From: Eledone cirrhosa
Lineage: Eukaryota
Length of the DNA: 64,000 nucleotides
Assembly: GCA_964016885.1 (NCBI GenBank)
Contig: OZ024743.1
Location: 132,742,001 to 132,806,000, forward strand
Reading direction: 5' to 3'
Below the pieces are notes generated by a model, which saw only the letters and a list, made by a program, of their open reading frames with translations, had not been told where the DNA came from and did no database searches. Positions 12,340 through 23,900 of the stretch are shown here, piece after piece (the stretch's first letter is position 1; every line of letters begins with the position of its first letter). Made by a program: the position numbers and the translations under genes.

Positions 12340-15140
12340 TGCTTGGTGTTTGGTGCTTGGTGCTTGGTGTTTGGTGCCTGGTGCTTGGTGCTTGGTGCTT
12401 GGTGTTTGGTGTTTGGTGCTTGGTGCTTGGTGCTTGGTGTTTTGTGTTTGGTGTTTGGTTTTTGGTGCTTGGTCCTTGGTGTTTGGTGCTGGGTGCTTTG
12501 TGTTTGGTACTTGGTGCTTGGTGTTTCGTGTTTGCTGCCTGGTGTTTGATGCTTGGTGCTTGGTGCTTGGTGTTTTGTGTTTGGTGCTTGGTGCTTGGTG
12601 TTTGGTGCTTGGTGCTTGGTGTTTGGTGCCTGGTGCTTGGTGCTTGGTGCTTGGTCCTTGGTGTTTGGTGCTGGGTGCTTGGTGTTTGATGCTTGGTGCT
12701 TGTGGTTTGGTGCTTGGTGCTTGGTGTTTGGTGCTTGGTGCTGGTTGGTTGGTGTTTGGTGCTTGGTGTTTGGTGCTGGGTGCTTGGTGTTTGGTGCTTG
12801 GTGCTTGGTCTTTGGTGCTTGGTGTTTGGTGTTTGGTGCTTGGTGCTTGGTGTTTGGTGCTTGGTGCTTGGTGTTTAGTGCTTGGTGCTTAGTGTTTGGT
12901 GCTAGGTGCTTGGGGTTTGGTGTTTGGTGCTTGGTGTTTGGTGCTTGGTGCTTGGTGTTTGGTGCTTGGTGTTTGGTGTTTGCTGTTTGGTGTTTGGTGT
13001 TTGTTGTTTGGTGTTTGTTGTTTGGTGTTTACTGTTTGGTGTTTCGTGTTTGCTGTTTCGTGTCTGCTTTTTGGTGTTTGGTGTTTGCTGTATGTTGTTT
13101 GCTGTTTGGTGTTTGGTGTTTGGTGTTTGGTGCTTGGTGCTTGGTGTTTGGTGCTTGGTGCTTGGTGTTTGGTGCCTGGTGCTTGGTGCTTGGTGTTTGG
13201 TGTTTGGTGTTTGGTGCTTGGTGCTTGGTGCTTGGTGTTTTGTGTTTGGTGTTTGGGTTTTGGTGCTTGGTGTTTGGTTCTTGGTTCTTGGTGTTTGGTG
13301 TTTGGTATTTGGTGTTTGGTGCTTGTTGCTTGGTGTTTTGTGCTTGGTGCTTGGTGTTTGGTGCCTGGTGCTTGGTGCTTGGTGCTTGGTGTTTGGTGTT
13401 TGGTGCTTGGTGCTTGTTGTTTTGGGTTTGGTGTTTGGTTTTTGGTGCTTGGTGCTTGGTGCTTGGTCCTTGGTGTTTGGTGCTGGGTGCTTTGTGTTTG
13501 GTGCTTGGTGCTTGGTGATTGGTGTTTGCTGCTTGGTGTTTGATGCTTGGTGCTTGGTGCTTGGTGTTTTGTGTTTGGTGCTTGGTGTTTGGTGCTTGGT
13601 GCTTGGTGTTTGTACTTGGTGCTTGGTGCTTGGTGCTTGGTGTTTGGTGTTTGGTGCTTGGTGTTTGGTGCTTGTTGCTTGGTGCTTGGTGTTAGGTGTT
13701 TAGTGCTTGGTGCTTGGTGTTTGGTGCTTGGTGTTTGCTGTTTGCTGTTTGGTGTTTGGTGTTTGGTGTTTGGTGTTTGCTGTTTGGTGTCTGCTTTTTG
13801 GTGTTTAGTGTTTGCTGTATGGTGTTTGCTGTTTCGTGTTTGGTGTTTGTTGTTTGGTGTTTGGTCTTTGGTGCTTGGTGCTTGGTGCTTGGTGCTTGGT
13901 GCTTGGTGTTTGGTGTTTGGTGCTTGGTGCTTGGTGTTTGGTGTTTGTTGTTTGGTGCTTGGTGTCTGGTGCTTGGTGTTTGGTGTTTGGTGCTTGGTGT
14001 TTGGTGTTCGGTGTTTGGTGCTTGGTGCTTGGTGTTTGGTGTTCGGTGTTTGGTGCTTGGTGCTTGGTGTTTGGTGTTTGGTGCTTGGTGTTTGGTGTTT
14101 GGTGCTTTTTGCTTGGTGCTTGGTGCTTGGTGTTTGGTGCTTGGTGCTTGGTGTTTGGTGCTGGGTGCTTGGTGCTTGGTGTTTGACTGTTTGGTGCTTG
14201 GTGCTTGGTGTTTGGTGTTTGGTGTTATATGCTTGGTGTTTGATGCTTGGTGCTTGGTGCTTGGTGTTTGGTGTTTGGTGTTTGATGCTTGGTGCTTGGT
14301 GCTTGGTGTTTGGTCTTTGGTGCTTGGTGTTTGTACTTGGTGCTTGGTGCTTGGTGCTTGGTGTTTGGTGCTTGGTGTTTGGTGCTTGGTGCTTGGTGCT
14401 TGGTGCTTGGTGTTTGGTGGTTGGTGTTTGGTGCTTGGTGTTAGGTGTTTGGTGCTTGGTGTTTGGTGTTTGGTGCTTGGTGTTTGGTGCTTGGTACTTG
14501 GTGCTTGGTGCTTGGTGTTAGGTGTTTGGTGCTTGGTGCTTGGTGCTTGGTGTTTGGTGCTTGGTGTTTGGTGCTTGGTGCTTGGTGCTTGGTGCTTGGT
14601 GCTTGGTGTTTGGTGGTTGGTGTTTGGTGCTTGGTGTTAGGTGTTTGGTGCTTGATGCTTGGTGTTTGGTGCTTTTTGCTTGGTGCTTGGTGCTTGGTGT
14701 TTGGTGCTTGATGCTTGGTGTTTGGTGCTGGGTGCTTGGTGCTTGGTGTTTGGTGTTTGGTGATTGGTGCTTGGTGTTTGGTGTTTGGTGTTATATGCTT
14801 GGTGTTTGATGCTTGGTGCTTGGTGCTTGGTGTTTGGTACTTGGTGATTGATGCTTGGTGCTTGGTGCTTGGTGTTTGGTGCTTGGTGCTTGGTGTTTGG
14901 TGCTTGGTGCTTGGTGTTTGGTGCTTGGTGTTTGGTGCTTGGTGTTTGGTGATTGGTGCTTGGTGCTTGGTGCTTGGTGCTTGGTGTTTGGTGGTTGGTG
15001 CTTGGTGCTTGGTGTTAGGTGTTTGGTGCTTGGTGCTTGGTGTTTGGTGTTTGGTGCTTGGTGTTTGGTGTTTGGTGCTTGGTGTTTGGTGCTTGGTACT
15101 TGGTGCTTGGTGCTTGGTGTTAGGTGTTTGGTGCTTGGTG
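12340..15140 (+). repeat. ~2.8-kb block copied at ~23400-26200 (offset 11055) and partly at ~20970-22930 (offset 7788)
   Basis: ORF sets 12553/23608, 12693/23748, 12896/23951, 13696/21484/24751, 13812/21600/24867 and 14445/22233/25500. The 8-bp unit TTGACTGY is shared at 14183, 21971 and 25238. Confidence 0.88.
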
Positions 15141-18100
15141 CTTGGTGATTAGTGTTTGGTGCTTGGTGCTTGTGGTTTGGTGTTTGGTCCTTGGTGCTTG
15201 GTGTTTGGTGCTTGGTGCTTGGTGTTTGGTGCTTGGTGTTTGGTGTTTGCTGTTTGGTGTTTGGTGTTTGGTGTTTGCTGTTTGCTGTTTGCTGTTTGGT
15301 GTCTGCATTTTGGTGTTTGTTGTTTGATGTATGGTGTTTGCTGTTTCGTGTTTATTGTTTGCTGTTTGGTGTTTGGTGTTTGGTGTTTGGTGTTTCCTGT
15401 TTGGTCTTTAGTCTTTGGTGCTTCGTGTTCGGTGCTTGGTGCTTGGTATTTGGTGTTTGGTGTTTGGTGCTTGGTGCTTGGTGTTTGGTGCTTGGTGCTT
15501 GGTGTTTGGTGTTTGGTGCTTGGTGCTTGGTGTTTCGTGTTTGCTGTTTGCTGTTTGCTGTTTGTTGTTTGGTGTTTGCTGTTTGGTGTTTGGTGTTTGC
15601 TGTTTGCTGTTTGGTGTCTGCTTTTTGGTGTTTGTTGTTTGCTCTATGGTGTTTGCTGTTTCATGTTTGGTGTTTGCTGTTTGGTGTTTGGTGTTTGCTG
15701 TTTGGTGTTTGGTGCTTGGTGTTTGGTGCTTGGTGCTTGTTGTTTGGTGATTGGTGCTTGGAGCTTGGTGTTTGCTGTTTGGTGCTTGGGGCTTGTTGTT
15801 TGGTGCTGCGTGCTTGGTGCTTGGTGCTTGGTGCTTGGTGTTTGGTGTTTGATGATTGGCGTTTGGTGTTTGGTGTTTGGTGCTTGGTGCTTGGTGTTTG
15901 GTGTGTGATGCTTGCTGCTTGATGCTTGGTGCTTGGTGCTTGGTGTTTGGTGCTTGGTGCTTGGTGTTTGGTGCTTGTTACTTGGTGTTTGGTGCTTGGT
16001 GTTTGCTGTTTGCTGTTTGGTGTTTGGTGTTTGCTGTTTGCTGTTTGGTGTCTGCTTTTTGGTGTTTGTTGTTTGCTCTATGGTGTTTGCTGTTTCGTGT
16101 TTGGTGTTTGCTGTTTGGTGTTTGCTGTTTGGTGTTTGGTGCTTGGTGTTTGGTGCTTGGTGCTTGGTGTTTGGTGCTAGATGCTTGGTGTTTGGTGCTT
16201 GGTGTTTGGTGCTTGGTGCCTGGTGCTTGTTGTTTGGTGATTGGTGCTTGGTGTTTGCTGTTTGGTGCTGCGTGCTTGGTGCTTGGTGCTTGGTGCTTGG
16301 TGCTTGGTGTTTTGTGTTTGGTGTTTGATGCTTGGTGTTTGGTGTTTGGTGCTTGATGCTTGGTGTTTGGTGTTTGATGCTTGGTGCTTGATGCTTGGTG
16401 CTTGGTGCTTGGTGTTTGGTGCTTGGTGCTTGGTGTTTGTACTTGGTGTTTGGTGCCCTGGTGTTTGGTGCTTGGTGCTTGGTGTTTGGTGCTTGGTGCT
16501 TGGTGTTTGGTGTTTGGTGCTTGGCGTTTGGTGCTTGGTGCTTGGTGCTTGGTGTTAGGTGTTTGGTGCTTCATGCCTGGTGCTTGGTGTTTGGTGATTG
16601 GTGCTTGGTGTTTGGTGTTTGGTGCTTCATGCTTGGTGCTTGGTGTTTGGTGCTTGGTGCTTGGTGTTTGGTGCTTGGTGCCTGGTGCATGGTGTTTGGT
16701 GCTTGATGCTTGGTGTTTGGTGTTTGGTGCTTGGTGTTTGGTGCTTGGTGCTTGGTGCTTGGTGTTAGGTGTTAGGTGTTTGATGCTTGGAGTTTGCTGT
16801 TTGGTGTTTGGTGTTTGCTGTTTGGTGTTTGGTCTTTGGTGCTTGGTCTTTGGTGCTTGGTGTTTGGTGCTTGGTGCTTGGTGTTTGGTGCTTGGTGCCT
16901 GGTGCTTGTTGTTTGGTGATTGGTGCTTGGTGATTCCTGTTTGGTGTTTGGTGTTTGGTGTTTGCTGTTTTGTGTTTAGTGCTTGGTGCTTGGTGCTTGG
17001 TGTTTGGTGCTTGGTGCTTGGTGTTTGGTGCATGGTGCTTGATGCTTGGTGTTTGTACTTGGTGCTTGGTGCATGGTGTTTTGTGCTTGATTCTTGGTGT
17101 TTGGTGCTTGGTGTTTGGTGCTTAGTGCTTGGTGTTTGGTGTTTGGTGCTTGGTGTTTGGTGCTTGGTGCTTGGTGCTTGGTGTTTGGTGTTTGGTGCTT
17201 CATGCTTGGTGCTTGGTGTTTGGTGCTTGGTGCTTGGTGTTTGGTGCTTGGTGCCTGGTGCATGGTGTTTGGTGCTTGATGCTTGGTGTTTGGTGTTTGG
17301 TGCTTGGTGTTTGGTGCTTGGTGCTTGGTGCTTGGTGTTAGATGTTAGGTGTTTGGTGATTGGTGCTTGGTGTTTGGTGCTTGGTGCTTGATGTTTGGTG
17401 CTTGGTGCTTGGTGTTTGGTGCTTGGTGTTTGGTGCTTGGTACTTGGGGCTTGGTGTTTGGTGCTTGGTGCTTGGTGTTTGGTGCTTGGTGATTAGTGTT
17501 TGGTGCTTGGTGCTTGGGGTTTGGTGTTTGGTGCTTGGTGCTTGGTGTTTGGTGCTTGGTGTTTGGTTTTTACTGTTTGGTGTTTGGTGTTTGCTGTTTG
17601 CTGTTTGCTGTTTGGTGTCTGCTTTTTGGTGTTTGGTGTTTGCTGTATCGTGTTTGCTGTTTCGTGTTTATTGTTTGGTGTTTGGTGTTTGGTGTTTGGT
17701 GTTTGGTGTTTCCTGTTTGGTGTTTAGTCTTTGGTGATTGGTGCTTGGTGCTTGGTGTTTGGTGTTTGGTGCTTGGTGCTTGGTGTTTGGTGCTTGGTAC
17801 TTGTTGTTTGGTGACTGGTGCTTGGTGCTTGGTGTTTGGTGCTTGGTGTTTGGTGTCTTGGTGCTTGGTGCTTGGTGCTTGGTGCTTGGTGTTTGGTGGT
17901 TGGTGTTTGGTGCTTGGTGTTAGGTGTTTGGTGCTTGATGCTTGGTGTTTGGTGCTTTTTGCTTGGTGCTTGGTGCTTGGTGTTTGGTGCTTGATGCTTG
18001 GTGTTTGGTGCTGGGTGCTTGGTGCTTGGTGTTTGGTGTTTGGTGATTGGTGCTTGGTGTTTGGTGTTTGGTGTTATATGCTTGGTGTTTGATGCTTGGT

Positions 18101-20950
18101 GCTTGGTGCTTGGTGTTTGGTACTTGGTGATTGATGCTTGGTGCTTGGTGCTTGGTGTTTGGTGCTTGGTGCTTGGTGTTTGGTGCTTGGTGCTTGGTGT
18201 TTGGTGCTTGGTGTTTGGTGCTTGGTGTTTGGTGATTGGTGCTTGGTGCTTGGTGCTTGGTGCTTGGTGTTTGGTGGTTGGTGCTTGGTGCTTGGTGTTA
18301 GGTGTTTGGTGCTTGGTGCTTGGTGTTTGGTGTTTGGTGCTTGGTGTTTGGTGTTTGGTGCTTGGTGTTTGGTGCTTGGTACTTGGTGCTTGGTGCTTGG
18401 TGTTAGGTGTTTGGTGCTTGGTGCTTGGTGATTAGTGTTTGGTGCTTGGTGCTTGTGGTTTGGTGTTTGGTCCTTGGTGCTTGGTGTTTGGTGCTTGGTG
18501 CTTGGTGTTTGGTGCTTGGTGTTTGGTGTTTGCTGTTTGGTGTTTGGTGTTTGGTGTTTGCTGTTTGCTGTTTGCTGTTTGGTGTCTGCTTTTTGGTGTT
18601 TGTTGTTTGATGTATGGTGTTTGCTGTTTCGTGTTTATTGTTTGCTGTTTGGTGTTTGTGTTTGGTGTTTGGTGTTTCCTGTTTGGTCTTTAGTCTTTGG
18701 TGCTTCGTGTTCGGTGCTTGGTGCTTGGTATTTGGTGTTTGGTGTTTGGTGCTTGGTGCTTGGTGTTTGGTGCTTGGTGCTTGGTGTTTGGTGTTTGGTG
18801 CTTGGTGCTTGGTGTTTGGTGTTTGCTGTTTGCTGTTTGGTGTTTGTTGTTTGGTGTTTGCTGTTTGGTGTTTGGTGTTTGCTGTTTGCTGTTTGGTGTC
18901 TGCTTTTTGGTGTTTGTTGTTTGCTCTATGGTGTTTGCTGTTTCATGTTTGGTGTTTGCTGTTTGGTGTTTGGTGTTTGCTGTTTGGTGTTTGGTGCTTG
19001 GTGTTTGGTGCTTGGTGCTTGTTGTTTGGTGATTGGTGCTTGGTGCTTGGTGTTTGCTGTTTGGTGCTTGGGGCTTGGTGTTTGGTGCTGCATGCTTGGT
19101 GCTTGGTGCCTGGTGCTTGGTGTTTGGTGTTTGATGATTGGCGTTTGGTGTTTGGTGTTTGGTGCTTGGTGCTTGGTGTTTGGTGTGTGATGCTTGCTGC
19201 TTGATGCTTGGTGCTTGGTGCTTGGTGTTTGGTGCTTGGTGCTTGGTGTTTGGTGCTTGGAACTTGGTGTTTGGTGCTTGGTGTTTGCTGTTTGCTGTTT
19301 GGTGTTTGGTGTTTGCTGTTTGCTGTTTGGTGTCTGCTTTTTGGTGTTTGTTGTTTGCTCTATGGTGTTTGCTGTTTCGTGTTTGGTGTTTGCTGTTTGG
19401 TGTTTGCTGTTTGGTGTTTGGTGCTTGGTGTTTGGTGCTTGGTGCTTGGTGTTTGGTGCTAGGTGCTTGGTGTTTGGTGCTTGGTGTTTGGTGTTTGGTG
19501 CTTGGTACTTGGGGCTTGGTGTTTGGTGCTTGGTGCTTCGTGCTTGGTGTTTGGTGCTTGGTGCATGGTGCTTGTTGTTTGGTGATTGGTGCTTGGTGTT
19601 TGCTGTTTGGTGCTGCGTGCTTGGTGCTTGGTGCTTGGTGCTTGGTGCTTGGTGTTTTGTGTTTGGTGTTTGATGCTTGGTGTTTGGTGTTTGGTGCTTG
19701 ATGCTCGGTGTTTGGTGTTTGATGCTTGGTGCTTGATGCTTGGTGCTTGGTGCTTGGTGTTTGGTGCTTGGTGCTTGGTGTTTGTACTTGGTGTTTGGGG
19801 CTTGGTGTTTGGTGCTTGGTGTTTGGTGCTTGGTGCTTGGTGTTTGGTGCTTGGTGCTTGGTGTTTGGTGTTTGGTGCTTGCTGTTTGGTGCTTGGTGCT
19901 TGGTGCTTGGTGTTAGGTGTTTGGTGCTTCATGCCTGGTGCTTGGTGTTTGGTGATTGGTGCTTGGTGTTTGGTGTTTGGTGCTTCATGCTTGGTGCTTG
20001 GTGTTTGGTGCTTGGTGCTTGGTGTTTGGTGCTTGGTGCCTGGTGCATGGTGTTTGGTGCTTGATGCTTGGTGTTTGGTGTTTGGTGCTTGGTGTTTGGT
20101 GCTTGGTGCTTGGTGCTTGGTGTTAGTTGTTAGGTGTTTGATGCTTGGAGTTTGCTGTTTGGTGTTTGGTGTTTGCTGTTTGGTGTTTGGTCTTTGGTGC
20201 TTGGTCTTTGGTGCTTGGTGTTTGGTGCTTGGTGTTTGGTGTTTGGTGCTCGGTGCCTGGTGCTTGTTGTTTGGTGATTGGTGCTTGGTGTTTCCTGTTT
20301 GCTGTTTGGTGTTTGCTGTTTGCTGTTTTGTGTTTAGTGCTTGGTGCTTGGTGCTTGGTGTTTGGTGCTTGGTGCTTGGTGTTTGGTGCATGGTGCTTGA
20401 TGCTTGGTGTTTGGTGATTGGTGCTTGGTGCATGGTGTTTTGTGCTTGATTCTTGGTGTTTGGTGCTTGGTGTTTGGTGCTTAGTGCTTGGTGTTTGGTG
20501 TTTGGTGCTTGGTGTTTGGTGCTTGGTGCTTGGTGCTTGGTGTTTGGTGTTTGGTGCTTCATGCTTGGTGCTTGGTGTTTGGTGCTTGGTGCTTGGTGTT
20601 TGGTGCTTGGTGCCTGGTGCATGGTGTTTGGTGCTTGATGCTTGGTGTTTGGTGTTTGGTGCTTGGTGTTTGGTGCTTGGTGCTTGGTGCTTGGTGTTAG
20701 GTGTTAGGTGTTTGGTGATTGGTGCTTGGTGTTTGGTGCTTGGTGCTTGATGTTTGGTGCTTGGTGCTTGGTGTTTGGTGCTTGGTGTTTGGTGCTTGGT
20801 ACTTGGGGCTTGGTGTTTGGTGCTTGGTGCTTGGTGTTTGGTGCTTGGTGATTAGTGTTTGGTGCTTGGTGCTTGGGGTTTGGTGTTTGGTGCTTGGTGC
20901 TTGGTGTTTGGTGCTTGGTGTTTGGTTTTTACTGTTTGGTGTTTGGTGTT
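14575..20950 (+). repeat. ~3.28-kb tandem higher-order repeat, 2 copies (14575-17857; 17858-~20950)
   Basis: ORF pairs 14715/17998, 14855/18138, 15124/18407, 15152/18435 (+3283), 15856/19138 (+3282) and 17094/20453 (+3359, after unit gains). Confidence 0.88.
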
Positions 20951-20969
20951 TGGTGATTGGTGCTTGGTG

Positions 20970-23900
20970 CTTGGTGTTTGGTGCTTGGTGCTTGGTGTTT
21001 GGTGCCTGGTGCTTGGTGCTTGGTGTTTGGTGTTTGGTGTTTGGTGCTTGGTGCTTGGTGTTTGGTTCTTGGTTATTGGTGTTTGGTGTTTGGTATTTGG
21101 TGTTTGGTGCTTGTTGCTTGGTGTTTTGTGCTTGGTGCTTGGTGTTTGGTGCCTGGTGCTTGGTGCTTGGTGCTTGGTGTTTGGTGTTTGGTGCTTGGTG
21201 CTTGTTGTTTTGGGTTTGGTGTTTGGTTTTTGGTGCTTGGTGCTTGGTGCTTGGTCCTTGGTGTTTGGTGCTGGGTGCTTTGTGTTTGGTGCTTGGTGCT
21301 TGGTGTTTGGTGTTTGCTGCTTGGTGTTTGATGCTTGGTGCTTGGTGCTTGGTGTTTTGTGTTTGGTGCTTGGTGTTTGGTGCTTGGTGCTTGGTGTTTG
21401 TACTTGGTGCTTGGTGCTTGGTGCTTGGTGTTTGGTGTTTGGTGCTTGGTGTTTGGTGCTTGGTGCTTGGTGCTTGGTGTTAGGTGTTTAGTGCTTGGTG
21501 CTTGGTGTTTGGTGCTTGGTGTTTGCTGTTTGGTGTTTGGTGTTTGGTGTTTGGTGTTTGGTGTTTGCTGTTTGGTGTCTGCTTTTTGGTGTTTAGTGTT
21601 TGCTGTATGGTGTTTGCTGTTTCGTGTTTGGTGTTTGTTGTTTGGTGTTTGGTCTTTGGTGCTTGGTGCTTGGTGCTTGGTGCTTGGTGCTTGGTGTTTG
21701 GTGTTTGGTGCTTGGTGCTTGGTGTTTGGTGTTTGTTGTTTGGTGCTTGGTGTCTGATGCTTGGTGTTTGGTGTTTGGTGCTTGGTGTTTGGTGTTCGGT
21801 GTTTGGTGCTTGGTGCTTGGTGTTTGGTGTTCGGTGTTTGGTGCTTGGTGCTTGGTGTTTGGTGTTGGGTGCTTGGTGTTTGGTGTTTGGTGCTTTTTGC
21901 TTGGTGCTTGGTGCTTGGTGTTTGGTGCTTGGTGCTTGGTGTTTGGTGCTGGGTGCTTGGTGCTTGGTGTTTGACTGTTTGGTGCTTGGTGCTTGGTGTT
22001 TGGTGTTTGGTGTTATATGCTTGGTGTTTGATGCTTGGTGCTTGGTGCTTGGTGTTTGGTGTTTGGTGTTTGATGCATGGTGCTTGGTGCTTGGTGTTTG
22101 GTCTTTGGTGCTTGGTGTTTGTACTTGGTGCTTGGTGCTTGGTGCTTGGTGTTTGGTGCTTGGTGTTTGGTGCTTGGTGCTTGGTGCTTGGTGATTGGTG
22201 TTTGGTGGTTGGTGTTTGGTGCTTGGTGTTAGGTGTTTGGTGCTTGGTGTTTGGTGTTTGGTGCTTGGTGTTTGGTGCTTGGTACTTGGTGCTTGGTGCT
22301 TGGTGTTAGGTGTTTGGTGCTTGGTGCTTGGTGCTTGGTGTTTGGTGCTTGGTGTTTGGTGCTTGGTGCTTGGTGCTTGGTGCTTGGTCCTTGGTGTTTG
22401 GTGGTTGGTGTTTGGTGCTTGGTGTTAGGTGTTTGGTGCTTGATGCTTGGTGTTTGGTGCTTTTTGCTTGGTGCTTGGTGCTTGGTGTTTGGTGCTTGAT
22501 GCTTGGTGTTTGGTGCTGGGTGCTTGGTGCTTGGTGTTTGGTGTTTGGTGATTGGTGCTTGGTGTTTGGTGTTTGGTGTTATATGCTTGGTGTTTGATGC
22601 TTGGTGCTTGGTGCTTGGTGTTTGGTACTTGGTGATTGATGCTTGGTGCTTGGTGCTTGGTGTTTGGTGCTTGGTGCTTGGTGTTTGGTGCTTGGTGCTT
22701 GGTGTTTGGTGCTTGGTGTTTGGTGCTTGGTGTTTGGTGATTGGTGCTTGGTGCTTGGTGCTTGGTGCTTGGTGTTTGGTGGTTGGTGCTTGGTGCTTGG
22801 TGTTAGGTGTTTGGTGCTTGGTGCTTGGTGTTTGGTGTTTGGTGCTTGGTGTTTGGTGTTTGGTGCTTGGTGTTTGGTGCTTGGTACTTGGTGCTTGGTG
22901 CTTGGTGTTAGGTGTTTGGTGCTTGGTGCTTGGTGTCTGGTTTTTGGTGCTTGGTGCTTGGTGTTTGGTGTTTGGTGCTTGCTGCTGGCTGCTTGGTGTT
23001 TGTTGCTTGGTGATTGGTGCTTGGTGTTTGGTGCTTGGTGTTTGGTGTTTGGTGCTAGGTGCTTGGTGTTTGGTGCTTGGTGCTTGGTGTTTGTACTTGG
23101 TGCTTGGTGCTTGGTTCTTGGTGTTTGGTGCTTGGTGCTTGGTGTTTGGTGCTTGGTGCTTGGTGTTTGGTGCTTGGTGATTGGTGCTTGGTGTTTGGTG
23201 CTTGGTGCTTGGTGCTTGGTGTTTGGTGCTTGGTGTTTGGTGCTTGGTGTTAGGTCTTTGGTGCTTGGTGTTTGGTGTTATATGCTTGGTGTTTGATGCT
23301 TGGTGCTTGGTGCTTGGTGTTTGGTGCTTGGTTCTTGATGCTTGGTGCTTGGTTCTTGGTGTTTGGTGTTTGGTGTTTGGTGTTTGGTGCTTGGTGCTTG
23401 GTGTTTGGTGCTTGGTGCTTGGTGTTTGGTGCCTGGTGCTTGGTGCTTGGTGCTTGGTGTTTGGTGTTTGGTGCTTGGTGCTTGGTGCTTGGTGTTTGGT
23501 GTTTGGTGTTTGGTTTTTGGTGCTTGGTCCTTGGTGTTTGGTGCTGGGTGCTTTGTGTTTGGTACTTGGTGCTTGGTGTTTGGTGATTGCTGCTTGGTGT
23601 TTGATGCTTGGTGCTTGGTGCTTGGTGTTTTGTGTTTGGTGCTTGGTGCTTGGTGTTTGGTGCTTGGTGCTTGGTGTTTGGTGCCTGGTGTTTGGTGCTT
23701 GGTGCTTGGTCCTTGGTGTTTGGTGCTGGGTGCTTGGTGTTTGATGCTTGGTGCTTGGTGTTTGGTGCTTGGTGCTTGGTGTTTGGTGCTTGGTGCTGGT
23801 TGGTTGGTGTTTGGTGCTTGGTGTTTGGTGCTGGGTGCTTGGTGTTTGGTGCTTGGTGCTTGGTCTTTGGTGCTTGGTGTTTGGTGTTTGGTGCTTGGTG

